From an uncultured virus (IMG/VR IMGVR_UViG_3300008448_000010) (taxonomy: Duplodnaviria > Heunggongvirae > Uroviricota > Caudoviricetes), in IMG/VR virus record IMGVR_UViG_3300008448_000010: 64,000 nt of DNA. One strand, 5' to 3'. Position 1 is the stretch's first letter. The number at the start of each line of letters is the position of its first letter. The position numbers were made by a program, and so were the translations under genes. Below the pieces are notes generated by a model, which saw nothing but the letters and a program-made list of their open reading frames with translations, ran no database searches and was not told where the DNA came from. Of this stretch, positions 1 to 9,623 are shown piece after piece.

Positions 1-31
1 TATATATATAATATACACAAAATATTTTATA

Positions 32-211
32 TTACAAACTATTTGGTTCTTCTTTTATAGGTGATTCATCATACCAAGTCCATCCTTCTACAGGATATGT
101 ATAAGAATCTTTATTTTCTTTAAGTAATTCATAATTTGGACCATATACAAAGTTAGGTGCATACAGCCAATTGTCATCTTCTAATTTATAAAATCCTGAT
201 GTATCTTTCAT
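32..211 (-). CDS. small hypothetical protein downstream of the tail fibre genes
   Basis: ORF track 32..232; the ATG at 211 (MKDTSGFYK) avoids overlap with the upstream stop at 214. Confidence 0.7.
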   Translation of the reverse strand: MKDTSGFYKLEDDNWLYAPNFVYGPNYELLKENKDSYTYPVEGWTWYDESPIKEEPNSL

Positions 212-213
212 AA

Positions 214-2415
214 TTATCCAATTATTGTCCATCCTTGTGATGTTACTATTAATCTATCTGCTGTAGTTAAAGCTGCTGCTCCTGTTGCTCCAGTTATATT
301 AATTGTTTTTGATACAACAGCTCCTTGAGCTGCCATATCATTAAATAATTGTACTATTTGTGCTGTACTCATATTAGTAAAAGTTATATTTATTTGAGGA
401 GATGATCCAGTCCATTGTCCTGCTGAAGTATTTAAAAGTCTTACATTTTGTACATCTGTTTTAACGTTTGATCCATTTAATTGAAGTAAACTTAATGGTC
501 CATAAAATGAAATTGTTGATCCACCTTTAAATCTATTGTTATTAAAAATAGCGGCAGACATTAAAGGTGTTGCAGTTAAAGACCCAATTTTATCAAAGTT
601 TGTAAGTGTAACCAAATCAGAACACCCTTGAATCATTGCATTAATGTCATTTACTAAAGACAACTGAGCAGCTCCAGGTAAAACACAAGTTTTAAGACTA
701 TTACAACCGGAAAAACATCCATTAAATGTTGTAGTAGAAGCACTTACAGTATTTGGTAAAGTAATGCTAGTAAGTAAGATACAACTATTAAAAGTACCAC
801 TAAAGTTATTACATGCAGACATTGAAGTAGGTAAAGTAACAGATGTAAGTCCTACACAACCCGAAAAACAATTTGACATATTAGTAACAGCATTTAAACT
901 TGAAGGAAATGTTAAACTTGATAAAGACCTTGCACCACTAAATGCAGATGAAAGATTATTTACTGCATTCATAGAAGTAGGCATTGTAAAACTTGTTAAT
1001 AGATAACAACCAACAAATGTTAATTGCATTGATGATATTGAATTTTGAGCACCTGGGGTCCAGGATATTGTTTTTAAGCTATAACAATTAAGAAATGTTT
1101 GGTTAAAATTATTAAGTATATATCCAGAAGGAATTGTAACTTCTTGTAATTTAATGCAACCATTAAACGCAGATTGAAAACTAACAGCAGCTGTTGGTGC
1201 TGCAGGTAATGTAATTTTAAGTAAAGAAAGACATGATAAGAACATATTGTTATATGCTATACAACCTGGAGAAGTTGCAGGTAATATACAAGATGTTAAT
1301 GAAGAACAACTATTAAAAGCACTCTCAAACGTACTAACATTCATATTTGATGGTAAAACAATGTTTTTTAATTGACGACAACCATTAAATGTACTGTTTA
1401 AAGAATACAGGGATAAAGGATTTGATACTGTAGCAGGGAAATATACAGTTTGTAAATTTGCAGAGTCTTGAAAGCAATTTTGCATATTAGCTCCTACCGT
1501 TGGCATACTTGTAAATTTTACCCATTCTAATTGCATGCAAGTGTAAAATGTATATTGTAAGTTATTACAAGCATTAATAGAGGGCATTGTAAAATTTCTC
1601 AAATTAGAACAGACAAAAAAACAATTACCCAAATCACTACAAGAATTCATTGTAGTTGGAAAAGTAACAGATCTTAAGTTACTACAACCATTAAATGAGC
1701 TATTCATATTTTGAATAGCTGTTGAATTAGAAGGAAGTATAATTTCTAGTAAATTCCAACAATTATTAAATGCATTATTAAATTGTAGTAAAGCAGAATT
1801 AGAAGTTGGCATAACAACTTTAAGTAAGGAATAGCAATAACTAAAAGTTGTAGTCCATGTTGTCCAAGATACTGTTGCTGGTAATTTTACAAATTGTAAA
1901 TTGCTATATATAGATAAACAAGAACTACCTATGATTGAATAAAAATTAACAGGAGTTGCATTTTGTGTGCTATCACCATAATATGCTTCTAATACATGAC
2001 AAATTTGAGGACTACCAACTGCAGTACTAGCAGTATTTAGAATAGCCATTATATTACAGTTACTTAAAACTGATACTCCAGTTCCTGTAAAATAAACTCT
2101 AATTATAAATGTTGTGTAACCTAAAGAAGGACAAGGAGTTCCTGTTCCTGGAGTATATGTATGAGTAGTATCTGTTGTTGCAGTAGTTGTAACTGTACTA
2201 GTAGTTGCATCTCCCCAATCTATAGTTATATTTTGAGAACCTGATGTTCTTGTAAATGTTGTTCTAATTTGACATGCTGCATCTCCAAGATCACAAAATA
2301 AGAATTGTACTTCTGTTGCTACATCTGTAATTACAGGCCAACATGCAGGTCTAGAATATACTGCTGGACCTGTTGTTCTACTAAAATAATTTTGTAATGG
2401 TAAGTTAAATGCCAT
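214..2415 (-). CDS. BspA-like leucine-rich-repeat protein with N-terminal PKD-like segment; putative receptor-binding/tail protein
   Basis: Many ~24-aa repeats of the form FxxCxxLxxVxLP; IDWGD PKD-like motif. Probable start MAFNLP at 2415, just after the tail fibre stop at 2418. Confidence 0.75.
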   Translation of the reverse strand: MAFNLPLQNYFSRTTGPAVYSRPACWPVITDVATEVQFLFCDLGDAACQIRTTFTRTSGSQNITIDWGDATTSTVTTTATTDTTHTYTPGTGTPCPSLGYTTFIIRVYFTGTGVSVLSNCNIMAILNTASTAVGSPQICHVLEAYYGDSTQNATPVNFYSIIGSSCLSIYSNLQFVKLPATVSWTTWTTTFSYCYSLLKVVMPTSNSALLQFNNAFNNCWNLLEIILPSNSTAIQNMNSSFNGCSNLRSVTFPTTMNSCSDLGNCFFVCSNLRNFTMPSINACNNLQYTFYTCMQLEWVKFTSMPTVGANMQNCFQDSANLQTVYFPATVSNPLSLYSLNSTFNGCRQLKNIVLPSNMNVSTFESAFNSCSSLTSCILPATSPGCIAYNNMFLSCLSLLKITLPAAPTAAVSFQSAFNGCIKLQEVTIPSGYILNNFNQTFLNCYSLKTISWTPGAQNSISSMQLTFVGCYLLTSFTMPTSMNAVNNLSSAFSGARSLSSLTFPSSLNAVTNMSNCFSGCVGLTSVTLPTSMSACNNFSGTFNSCILLTSITLPNTVSASTTTFNGCFSGCNSLKTCVLPGAAQLSLVNDINAMIQGCSDLVTLTNFDKIGSLTATPLMSAAIFNNNRFKGGSTISFYGPLSLLQLNGSNVKTDVQNVRLLNTSAGQWTGSSPQINITFTNMSTAQIVQLFNDMAAQGAVVSKTINITGATGAAALTTADRLIVTSQGWTIIG

Positions 2416-2417
2416 AA

Positions 2418-5400
2418 TTATATTGTTGGGAATATAGTTATTTCTCCTGTTATATTTGTTTGAGGTGGAAATAATGAATAAAATGTGCATGATCCTGCAG
2501 CTACTGTTACTTCAGATTGCATTCCACAAGTTGTTACTTCAAGATAACTAGTCCTATCAGGAGTAAAATCTACTCTTGTATTTACTGTTATGTTTACATT
2601 AGAAAATGTATATGTATAATATCCACTTACAAGTGACCAACTTGCTGAAGTTAATGTTTGAGCTGTTAATTTATATATGCTTCCACCTCCACCTCCACCT
2701 GAAGAATTTATTGTAACTACTCCTGTACCACCTGCGGGAGATATTGTAACATTTGTTCCTGCAACAATTTGTGTAACTCCACCTCCTCCTCCACCTGGAG
2801 CTGCCCATGTACCATCTGCACGTAAAAAGTTTGCAGTACCACCACCACTTGCAGGTGCAAGACCTTTTAATGTAGATGTAAATGTATCTATTAATGTTGT
2901 AGCTTGTGTACCAGTTAATGTTTCAACATTACCCGTACCTGCTGTTACTCTTCCTTGAATTGTACTTGTTGCTACCTGTGCTAACATAGCATTAGTAACT
3001 ACATTTGCAGCTATTGTAGTAGTTATTGCAGTTGTTCCAGTTCCGGTAACATTACCAGATAAAGTAATAGTTGCAGCTGAAGGTGTAGGTATATTTAATA
3101 CATTACTTATTAAAGTAGCAGCACCTGATCCTGTTGTTGTTAAACTTGTTATTCTGTTTGTATATGCAGTATTCCAATCTGCACTATTATTAGTTATTGA
3201 AGTTCCCCAAGCTGAACCTGTTGAAAGTGCAATACCTGCTGCAGGATAAACCATTCCACCACCACCACCACCACTTGACCATGAAGAACCATTGTAAAAG
3301 TTGAGAGCATTTAAAGTAGTGTCATAAACAATAAGTCCACTTGCAGGAGTAGCAATAGCATTCTTCTGTGTTGTGGTCATTACAGGTGGTAAAAAGCCTT
3401 GTGTTGTAGAACTTACTTGTAAAGCAGCAGTTGTTACTGAAGTGTTTGTTCCTATGTTTACAGTACCAGATACTGATAATCCATTAGTTGGTGCAGCAGT
3501 ACTTGCACTATATCCTATAGCAGCATTACCATTTACCTGTAAAGAACTACCAATTGTAGTAGTGTTCACACCCAAATTTCCACTTGTATTTATTACTATA
3601 CCACCTGTGTTCCAACCACCAATTGAATTTTTAGTAGTAAATATTAAATTGTCACCTGCATTTCCTGTTTGAAATTGTGATGTATAAATAGCTGCAGAAC
3701 CAAATCCACCACTATTATAAAATCCAATTCCATTTAACGCACCTGATGCAGCATTTGTATTTCTTACATATAAAGCAGGAGTTAAAAGGTTTGCAGTAGT
3801 TGCACTACTATTTACTAAAAATGCTGATGAATTAGTATTGCTTGTTGCTCCTATTATTGCAGCACCTGCAACCGCTAAACCATTAGTTGGAGCAACGGTA
3901 CTTACTGAGTATCCAATTGCAGCATTACCATTTACCTGTAATTTAGAACCTAAAGTTGTAGTTCCAATTCCTGTATTGCCAGCAGCATCTAAATATAATA
4001 TAGTATCATATGTGGTTCCCGTTTGTGTTTGACTGCGTTGTATGGCAAAATCCCCAAAAACTAATTGGTCAGATGTAAATCTCCAACTTCTTGATGCAGC
4101 ATTTGCAAAATAATTAAAAATAATATAAGAACTTCCTCCTTGTACTGCTAAACCATTTGTAAAGGTTTTTGTTCCATTAAAAGTTTGAGCAGCAGTTGTA
4201 ACTACACCTCTAGCAGTTGCACTTGCATCAGGTAAATTAAATGTGTGTGTTGATGTTGCTGAACTTATTGCAAAATCAGTTCCACTTGTTCCAACTGCAA
4301 AAGTTTGAGTAGTTGCAGTTAAAGTATTTAATGTAGTAATTCCACTACTTCCACCTGAATATTGTGGAATATTTAAAACACCTGTTACAGAACTATATGT
4401 AGCTGCACCTGATGTTCCTGTAGTAGTTAAACTAATGGCTGATCTAGCTAAAGCATCTGTATATTGAGTGATTGTAGATGTTATAACACCCGTTGTATTG
4501 TTATAACTAATTCCTGTGCTTCCACTTAAAGAAGCTAAAGTAATAAAGTTAGAACCATTAGTAATTTGATTGTTGTTAGTTGGTATAGTGATAACTCCTG
4601 TTGTAGAATTATATGCTCCAGAACCTGCAACAAATGAATTAGATAATCTTGCTCTTACATCTGTGTAATATAAGTTAGTACCTTCTGTTACTTGTGAAGT
4701 TGTATAATCTCCGCTAACTGAAACTACTGCACCAGTCCTTCCAAATACACTAGAAACACCTGAAACAATTGAACCTATATTTCCATTAAGTTTTTGTATT
4801 GCAGTTAAAATAGTATCAGTTGCTGATATTGTTCCTGGACCACTTACATAACCAGTTAAAATAGCAGAAATTGCTCTAACATTAGTAAAATATAAATTAG
4901 AACCTTCAGCAATGTTTGAAGTTGTTAAACTTACAGCACCTGTAAAACCATTTACAGAAACTACGGCATCAGTATTGTCTACTTTTTGCCATACACCACC
5001 ATTAAATATTGCCCAATCTCCAATGTTCCAATCAGTAATTCCATTTAAGTTAGTAGAACCTGCAACATTTACAATATAATAATATCCTGAAGTTCCAACA
5101 CTACTTGTTAATGGAGGTGTATTAGTTAAAGCATTCCAAGTACCTTGATAAGTTGAACCACCTATTAAACCATTAATTTGATTTTGAACTTTACCAAAGG
5201 CAATTAAGATAGAATCAGTAGCTGAAATAGTTCCTCCTGTAATATTAACTCCTGTTAAAACTTTTCCTATTACTGCTGAATTTACTAAAGATGGATTTGC
5301 ATAAGTTCCACTTAATTCACCTCCTGCTGTAATACCTGATATGGTTGTTAAATAAGTTGAGTTATCATAAGAAATAACTGTACCTATAATTTTAACAAAA

Positions 5401-6434
5401 CCAGTACCATTTAATGCAGCTTGTTTACCATTAAAAGCAGACCAATCTGTAATAGATAAAACACCTCTATTAGATGCAGAAGCTGTAGGTACATTTAATG
5501 TAATTACTGGAGTAGTTGTTCCTGTAGCTACAGTAGAAGATAAATCAGTACCAGTTGTACCTAAAGTTAATGCTGCTACAGAAGTTACTGTACCTGTTCC
5601 ATAAGGAGCTGTAAAATATTCTAAAGCTGTTTCTCCAGCATTAACTCTTGCTAGTTTTAAAGAATTACCTGTTAAACTATCTAAAGGAGATAATTTAGTA
5701 TTTAATGCTATTGTTCCTGCAGAAGTAATTGTACCACCTGTTAAACCTGTACCTGTAGCTACACTAGTTACAGTACCTGAAGTAGTAGATGGAGCAGTAT
5801 TAATTATAGTAAAACTTGGATATGTACCTGTTACAGATATTCCTGTTGATGGAGTAAGTACTACAGTTTGATCTGGAGCAGTATTAGTTACAATTGGTAC
5901 AGTAGTTGTACCTCCTATAGAAATTCCTGTACCCGAAGATAAAGATGTTACTTTATTATTCCAAGTAGTAGCAGAAGTTATTCTTGAGTCTGCTAGAGTT
6001 CCTGTCCAACCTAAAGTTAAACTAGTTGATTGTAATAAAGCTGTAGCAGGTGTACCTCCTAATGTAAGAGTAACATTAGTGTCATCAATCTTAGTTAAAG
6101 CAGATGGTGTAAAACTTGGTATAGTTGGGAATGTAGCAAATGTACCATCACCTCTTATATATTGTGATGCTGTACCAGTAGGTATTGGATAATAGGTTGA
6201 TGCTGCTAATGTAATTGTTAAATATGGAGTTAATGCAGATGCTGTTACAAATCCTGATGGATTACCAGTTAAAGGATAATATAATAAATCATATGTTGGG
6301 AGTCCATTATTCCATACTACAGAAGGATTAGGATAAACACCAGATAAATCTCCACCAGCTGGCCCTGAAGGAGCTCCTCCTCCGCCACCACTACCACTGG
6401 TTAATAGTTTTCCAACTTTATCTACTACTTGCAT
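2418..6434 (-). CDS. long tail fibre protein (Gly/Thr/Ser-rich, internally repeated)
   Basis: 1338 aa; typical fibre repeats (GTVTSV, EGSNLYFT/EGTNLYYT, duplicated LQVNGNAAIGYS block, poly-Gly linkers). Confidence 0.8.
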   Translation of the reverse strand: MQVVDKVGKLLTSGSGGGGGAPSGPAGGDLSGVYPNPSVVWNNGLPTYDLLYYPLTGNPSGFVTASALTPYLTITLAASTYYPIPTGTASQYIRGDGTFATFPTIPSFTPSALTKIDDTNVTLTLGGTPATALLQSTSLTLGWTGTLADSRITSATTWNNKVTSLSSGTGISIGGTTTVPIVTNTAPDQTVVLTPSTGISVTGTYPSFTIINTAPSTTSGTVTSVATGTGLTGGTITSAGTIALNTKLSPLDSLTGNSLKLARVNAGETALEYFTAPYGTGTVTSVAALTLGTTGTDLSSTVATGTTTPVITLNVPTASASNRGVLSITDWSAFNGKQAALNGTGFVKIIGTVISYDNSTYLTTISGITAGGELSGTYANPSLVNSAVIGKVLTGVNITGGTISATDSILIAFGKVQNQINGLIGGSTYQGTWNALTNTPPLTSSVGTSGYYYIVNVAGSTNLNGITDWNIGDWAIFNGGVWQKVDNTDAVVSVNGFTGAVSLTTSNIAEGSNLYFTNVRAISAILTGYVSGPGTISATDTILTAIQKLNGNIGSIVSGVSSVFGRTGAVVSVSGDYTTSQVTEGTNLYYTDVRARLSNSFVAGSGAYNSTTGVITIPTNNNQITNGSNFITLASLSGSTGISYNNTTGVITSTITQYTDALARSAISLTTTGTSGAATYSSVTGVLNIPQYSGGSSGITTLNTLTATTQTFAVGTSGTDFAISSATSTHTFNLPDASATARGVVTTAAQTFNGTKTFTNGLAVQGGSSYIIFNYFANAASRSWRFTSDQLVFGDFAIQRSQTQTGTTYDTILYLDAAGNTGIGTTTLGSKLQVNGNAAIGYSVSTVAPTNGLAVAGAAIIGATSNTNSSAFLVNSSATTANLLTPALYVRNTNAASGALNGIGFYNSGGFGSAAIYTSQFQTGNAGDNLIFTTKNSIGGWNTGGIVINTSGNLGVNTTTIGSSLQVNGNAAIGYSASTAAPTNGLSVSGTVNIGTNTSVTTAALQVSSTTQGFLPPVMTTTQKNAIATPASGLIVYDTTLNALNFYNGSSWSSGGGGGGMVYPAAGIALSTGSAWGTSITNNSADWNTAYTNRITSLTTTGSGAATLISNVLNIPTPSAATITLSGNVTGTGTTAITTTIAANVVTNAMLAQVATSTIQGRVTAGTGNVETLTGTQATTLIDTFTSTLKGLAPASGGGTANFLRADGTWAAPGGGGGGVTQIVAGTNVTISPAGGTGVVTINSSGGGGGGSIYKLTAQTLTSASWSLVSGYYTYTFSNVNITVNTRVDFTPDRTSYLEVTTCGMQSEVTVAAGSCTFYSLFPPQTNITGEITIFPTI

Positions 6435-6739
6435 CAGTATGTTATTCCATATATATAATAACTAGTGCCTACTACACTTGAATAGGCAATTATTTGATCA
6501 CCCTTATTTAATGCATATGAGAATTCATCTGTTACTGTATCACCAGCTGATAAATTTAAAGCATACATTAAATTTGTTGTTGCTGTACCAGCATCATAAA
6601 TAAATAGTTGTATATTATATGATACAGCATTATTAAATCTAACAGTAAATAATCTATTTAAACCTGCTGAAGAAGGTCCACCTGTTGCTAAAACAGTACC
6701 TGTAACAGATAGTTTTCCAGTTTTACTAAATTCAGCCAT
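6434..6739 (-). CDS. putative small structural (tail) protein
   Basis: 101-aa beta-rich ORF coupled to the tail fibre gene. Confidence 0.6.
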   Translation of the reverse strand: MAEFSKTGKLSVTGTVLATGGPSSAGLNRLFTVRFNNAVSYNIQLFIYDAGTATTNLMYALNLSAGDTVTDEFSYALNKGDQIIAYSSVVGTSYYIYGITY

Positions 6740-6754
6740 ACTATAATATACAAA
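6738..6754 (-). promoter_or_regulatory. putative late promoter motif TTTGTATATTATAGTAT
   Basis: 17-bp exact copy also at 9581-9597 and a partial copy at 7-17; the two full copies lie just upstream of minus-strand genes. Confidence 0.55.
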
Positions 6755-6765
6755 AATTTTATGAC

Positions 6766-6794
6766 AAAAAAAATCCCTATGGTTAATAGGGATT
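6766..6794 (-). terminator. intrinsic terminator
   Basis: AATCCCTAT-ggtta-ATAGGGATT hairpin with a U-tract on the minus strand. Confidence 0.6.
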
Positions 6795-6805
6795 AATAAC
6801 TAACA

Positions 6806-6997
6806 TTACATTAATGTTCCTGCTATAAAAATTAATAGTAAAACTGTTATAATAAAATAAGATCCAATGATATTATTTTTTTCATCTAACTCATAAGCAT
6901 CTTTATTTTTATTATATACTGGTTTTTGAAGTGAAGCTCCAATAATCCAAAGTATTAAAGAAATTGCTAAAATAAATAACATTATTATATGATTCAT
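6806..6997 (-). CDS. small membrane protein (two hydrophobic segments)
   Basis: 63 aa with two hydrophobic helices. Confidence 0.6.
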   Translation of the reverse strand: MNHIIMLFILAISLILWIIGASLQKPVYNKNKDAYELDEKNNIIGSYFIITVLLLIFIAGTLM

Positions 6998-7368
6998 AAG
7001 GTATCAATTCTACGTTGTAAATATACTAATGCTTTTTCTAAATCTTCTTTATTGTTAAAAGTTTTTTTACCAGCTCTAGCTAAATATTTTATTACATTTC
7101 CTAAGTAAAAATCTTTATCTAACTTCCAGGCTTCTAACACATTAAAAACTTCATATGTTGAATCTTTTCCACCATAGTATTTAGGACGTGATTCAAATGG
7201 TGGAATATCTTTTCTAAAATCATGAACATAATTTTTAGTATTATATTCTGAATCTAAACTATTTTTAGTTCTTTTATCTATTTCTTCTTTAGATAATTCT
7301 TTAGAATTAATTTTATCAGTACTTGTTCTTCCAGAAAAATACGGATTATCATCTGTTATGTTTACCAT
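6994..7368 (-). CDS. DUF3310 (SaV-like) domain protein
   Basis: C-terminal FYLGNVIKYLARAGKK...EDLEKALVYL signature. Confidence 0.75.
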   Translation of the reverse strand: MVNITDDNPYFSGRTSTDKINSKELSKEEIDKRTKNSLDSEYNTKNYVHDFRKDIPPFESRPKYYGGKDSTYEVFNVLEAWKLDKDFYLGNVIKYLARAGKKTFNNKEDLEKALVYLQRRIDTL

Positions 7369-7751
7369 ATTATTGCAATATCCATTTCATTAAACATTAG
7401 CTTTACACTACCATCAATGTCAACTTTTTCTGCATGTTCTAATTGTCCAGTTGGAATATATACTGAATCTCCAACAGCAATCTCTTCTACTTTATCACCT
7501 ATGGCATATACAGTTAACCTGTTCCATTGCTTCATTGCTTCATACATTAAAGCATCTTCATCTTTTTCAGATAATTTAATTACTGATTCTTTTCTTACAG
7601 GAACTTCAATAAGTATTCTTCTTCCTCTTAATGTTTTAAATTGTGTGTTCATTTTATTATTTATTAGGTTATCAAATTTAATTCTTGCTTCTAAGTTAGT
7701 CTCTGACTCTGATGTTAATTTTTGCCATAGACCTAACTCATGCTTTGTCAT
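7362..7751 (-). CDS. GroES-like co-chaperonin
   Basis: FKTLRGRRILIE...KES.IKL...VYAIGD.V..IAVGDSVY...EMDIAII resembles Cpn10; the start may be internal (MNTQFK). Confidence 0.65.
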   Translation of the reverse strand: MTKHELGLWQKLTSESETNLEARIKFDNLINNKMNTQFKTLRGRRILIEVPVRKESVIKLSEKDEDALMYEAMKQWNRLTVYAIGDKVEEIAVGDSVYIPTGQLEHAEKVDIDGSVKLMFNEMDIAIIW

Positions 7752-7772
7752 TCTAGTTATGTTTTAAAGTTG

Positions 7773-8051
7773 TCACTTTGTATTTAATAATTTTGACACA
7801 GCAGTCTGTGCACTAATTAATTCTCCTATAGCATGATCAAAAATAAAACTTTTAGAAGGTGATTTAGTTTCTTGATTGTAATGATCTTTTAAAATATTTA
7901 CAATATCAGCAATATTTTTTTTTACTTTATAATCTGAAGAATCTTCTTCTGTACTAAATTCAATACCAATTAATTCTTCACCAAAGGTTAAAACTTTAGT
8001 TTCATTGATATCAATAATACCATTTGGGATGGGTGTAACTCCTGAACTCAT
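7773..8051 (-). CDS. Acb2/Tad1-like helical hairpin protein (possible immune-signal sponge)
   Basis: TFGEELIG...VKKNIADIVNIL...AIGELISAQTAVSKLL pattern resembles the Acb2/Tad1 hairpin C-terminus. Confidence 0.45.
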   Translation of the reverse strand: MSSGVTPIPNGIIDINETKVLTFGEELIGIEFSTEEDSSDYKVKKNIADIVNILKDHYNQETKSPSKSFIFDHAIGELISAQTAVSKLLNTK

Positions 8052-8076
8052 AGTGTTGGTTTTTAAATATTATCTA

Positions 8077-8108
8077 CAAATATATAATTATTTGTAAATA
8101 AAAACAAA
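8077..8108 (-). promoter_or_regulatory. Bacteroidota sigma-A-type promoter (TTTG-N20-TATATTTG)
   Basis: Matches the -33 TTTG / -7 TAnnTTTG consensus upstream of ORF 7773..8051. Confidence 0.65.
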
Positions 8109-8118
8109 TATATTAAAA

Positions 8119-8565
8119 TTATTTTCTAGAGAAGAATTTTTTCTTTGGTTGTTCTACTTTAATATCTTTTAATTTTTCAATAATTTTATTTGCTTCTTCT
8201 TCAGCAAATGTTATCACCTCTTCTTCTTTATCTTTTATATCCCAGTTATTTAATAAGATACTCATGTGCATTGTCTCATGCATAATTCCTGTAGCTTTTT
8301 CTGTAACAGAGTATTTCTTAAAGGTACCTAAGTTTATAAATAAAAAAGGTTTGTAAGGATCTTTAGCAATAAGTTTTTTATCTGCCGGATCATAATTAGT
8401 TAATCCATATATGTAAACACCATTACCTTTTGATAAATCTACTTCTTCTGCTTGAGCATCTGCACGGTTAAGACCATGCATTTCTTTAACATTATAATAA
8501 TCAAAAATTTCAGTAGCATCTTTACCTATAAGTAAGATGTATTTACCCATGTCAATTTTTTTCAT
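8119..8565 (-). CDS. putative zincin-type metallopeptidase-like protein
   Basis: HETMH (HExxH) followed by EE motif. Confidence 0.5.
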   Translation of the reverse strand: MKKIDMGKYILLIGKDATEIFDYYNVKEMHGLNRADAQAEEVDLSKGNGVYIYGLTNYDPADKKLIAKDPYKPFLFINLGTFKKYSVTEKATGIMHETMHMSILLNNWDIKDKEEEVITFAEEEANKIIEKLKDIKVEQPKKKFFSRK

Positions 8566-8573
8566 AATTTTAT

Positions 8574-8711
8574 TTACTTACCTTGACCTCGGTATAATTT
8601 TTTATAATTCTTAGAAGACTTAAGTTTAGAAACTTTAGTTTTTGCATGAACACCAGTCCGGGAAACTTTTGGTTTATCTAACTTAGTAAATGTATCTTTA
8701 ATTTTTGCCAT
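8574..8711 (-). CDS. small basic protein (45 aa, ...GVHAKTK...YRGQGK)
   Basis: Read directly from sequence; Lys-rich; fills the gap between genes. Confidence 0.6.
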   Translation of the reverse strand: MAKIKDTFTKLDKPKVSRTGVHAKTKVSKLKSSKNYKKLYRGQGK

Positions 8712-8719
8712 GACTAATT

Positions 8720-8872
8720 TTATAGTTTTTTTAAATCTTCTATTTCTTTAATTAATATTAATAATTTTTTTTCTTTTTGTTCTATTATTTCTTCTTTAGT
8801 TTTTTCAATAACATCAACAAGTTCTTCTATATAAGTTCCTTGTTCATTATAGTATCCAATTAATTGTTTCAT
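8720..8872 (-). CDS. small hypothetical protein (50 aa, MKQLIGYYNEQG...)
   Basis: Read directly from sequence; A-rich leader. Confidence 0.55.
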   Translation of the reverse strand: MKQLIGYYNEQGTYIEELVDVIEKTKEEIIEQKEKKLLILIKEIEDLKKL

Positions 8873-8895
8873 TTTTTTATATTTATAGGTTATAA

Positions 8896-9564
8896 TTATA
8901 AAGTATGTATTCTTACTGCACGCACATATTGAAGGTCACCTTTAACAAGTGATTGTATCGCCCCATCAACAAAAGCCTGACCCACCGCATTTGTACCTTG
9001 GTACTCAGTAGAACTCCAATAGAAAGAAAAAAGATTAGTTTGAAAACCATTTGTTGAGCCTAAAATTTTATTTACAACAGCTGCTGAATTATAACACATA
9101 TTTAACTCCCAGGCTGATGGTAGATACCAATCACTAAAAAGACCACCATTATGTAATCTTGCAATTCCTGCAGCATAAGCTGTAGTAGCAGCAGCTCCTG
9201 TTTGTGCTATAATTGCATTAGTATTTGTAAGTCCATTTGAATAACTTTCAGCTGCAGAACCTATTGTATTGCCCTGTTGTGCAAATACTGTCCAAGGTAA
9301 ATTGATAGCTAAATTAGTTAGACTTGCAATAAGTGCTTTTTTAACTCCAGCATCATCCCATTCTGCTACTACTATTCCACCTCCAATTAGTTTACCTATG
9401 TTTGATCCAGTTGATCCACCAAAAGCAGTTACGGGAACAGTAACTGGTAGATATGCATCTCCCCTATTTGTATTAGGAACACCAACTACAGTAACTGCAC
9501 CAGCTGGCATAGTTAGGCTATATTTTCCTTTTTTAAGCCAGGAAACAAAATTTAAAATATCCAT
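8896..9564 (-). CDS. DUF1566/Lcl-type C-lectin-fold domain protein
   Basis: DWYLPSAWEL...YWSSTE...VRAVR signature. Confidence 0.75.
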   Translation of the reverse strand: MDILNFVSWLKKGKYSLTMPAGAVTVVGVPNTNRGDAYLPVTVPVTAFGGSTGSNIGKLIGGGIVVAEWDDAGVKKALIASLTNLAINLPWTVFAQQGNTIGSAAESYSNGLTNTNAIIAQTGAAATTAYAAGIARLHNGGLFSDWYLPSAWELNMCYNSAAVVNKILGSTNGFQTNLFSFYWSSTEYQGTNAVGQAFVDGAIQSLVKGDLQYVRAVRIHTL

Positions 9565-9623
9565 TTTTATATTTTTAAGTATACTATAATATACAAATAA
9601 TTTATTACTAAAACAAATGTGTA

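Noticed and set aside
764..4032. Plus-strand ORFs inside the tail genes, and other antisense or alternate-frame ORFs in the track (e.g. 7417, 9269, 10874, 42386, 48118, 61949)
   Set aside because: They shadow longer motif-bearing genes or cross terminators and promoters
3460..4980. Internal duplications in the tail fibre gene
   Set aside because: Ordinary fibre repeat architecture, diverged at the DNA level
8896..9564. Diversity-generating retroelement targeting the DUF1566 gene
   Set aside because: I saw no template repeat or reverse transcriptase in this window
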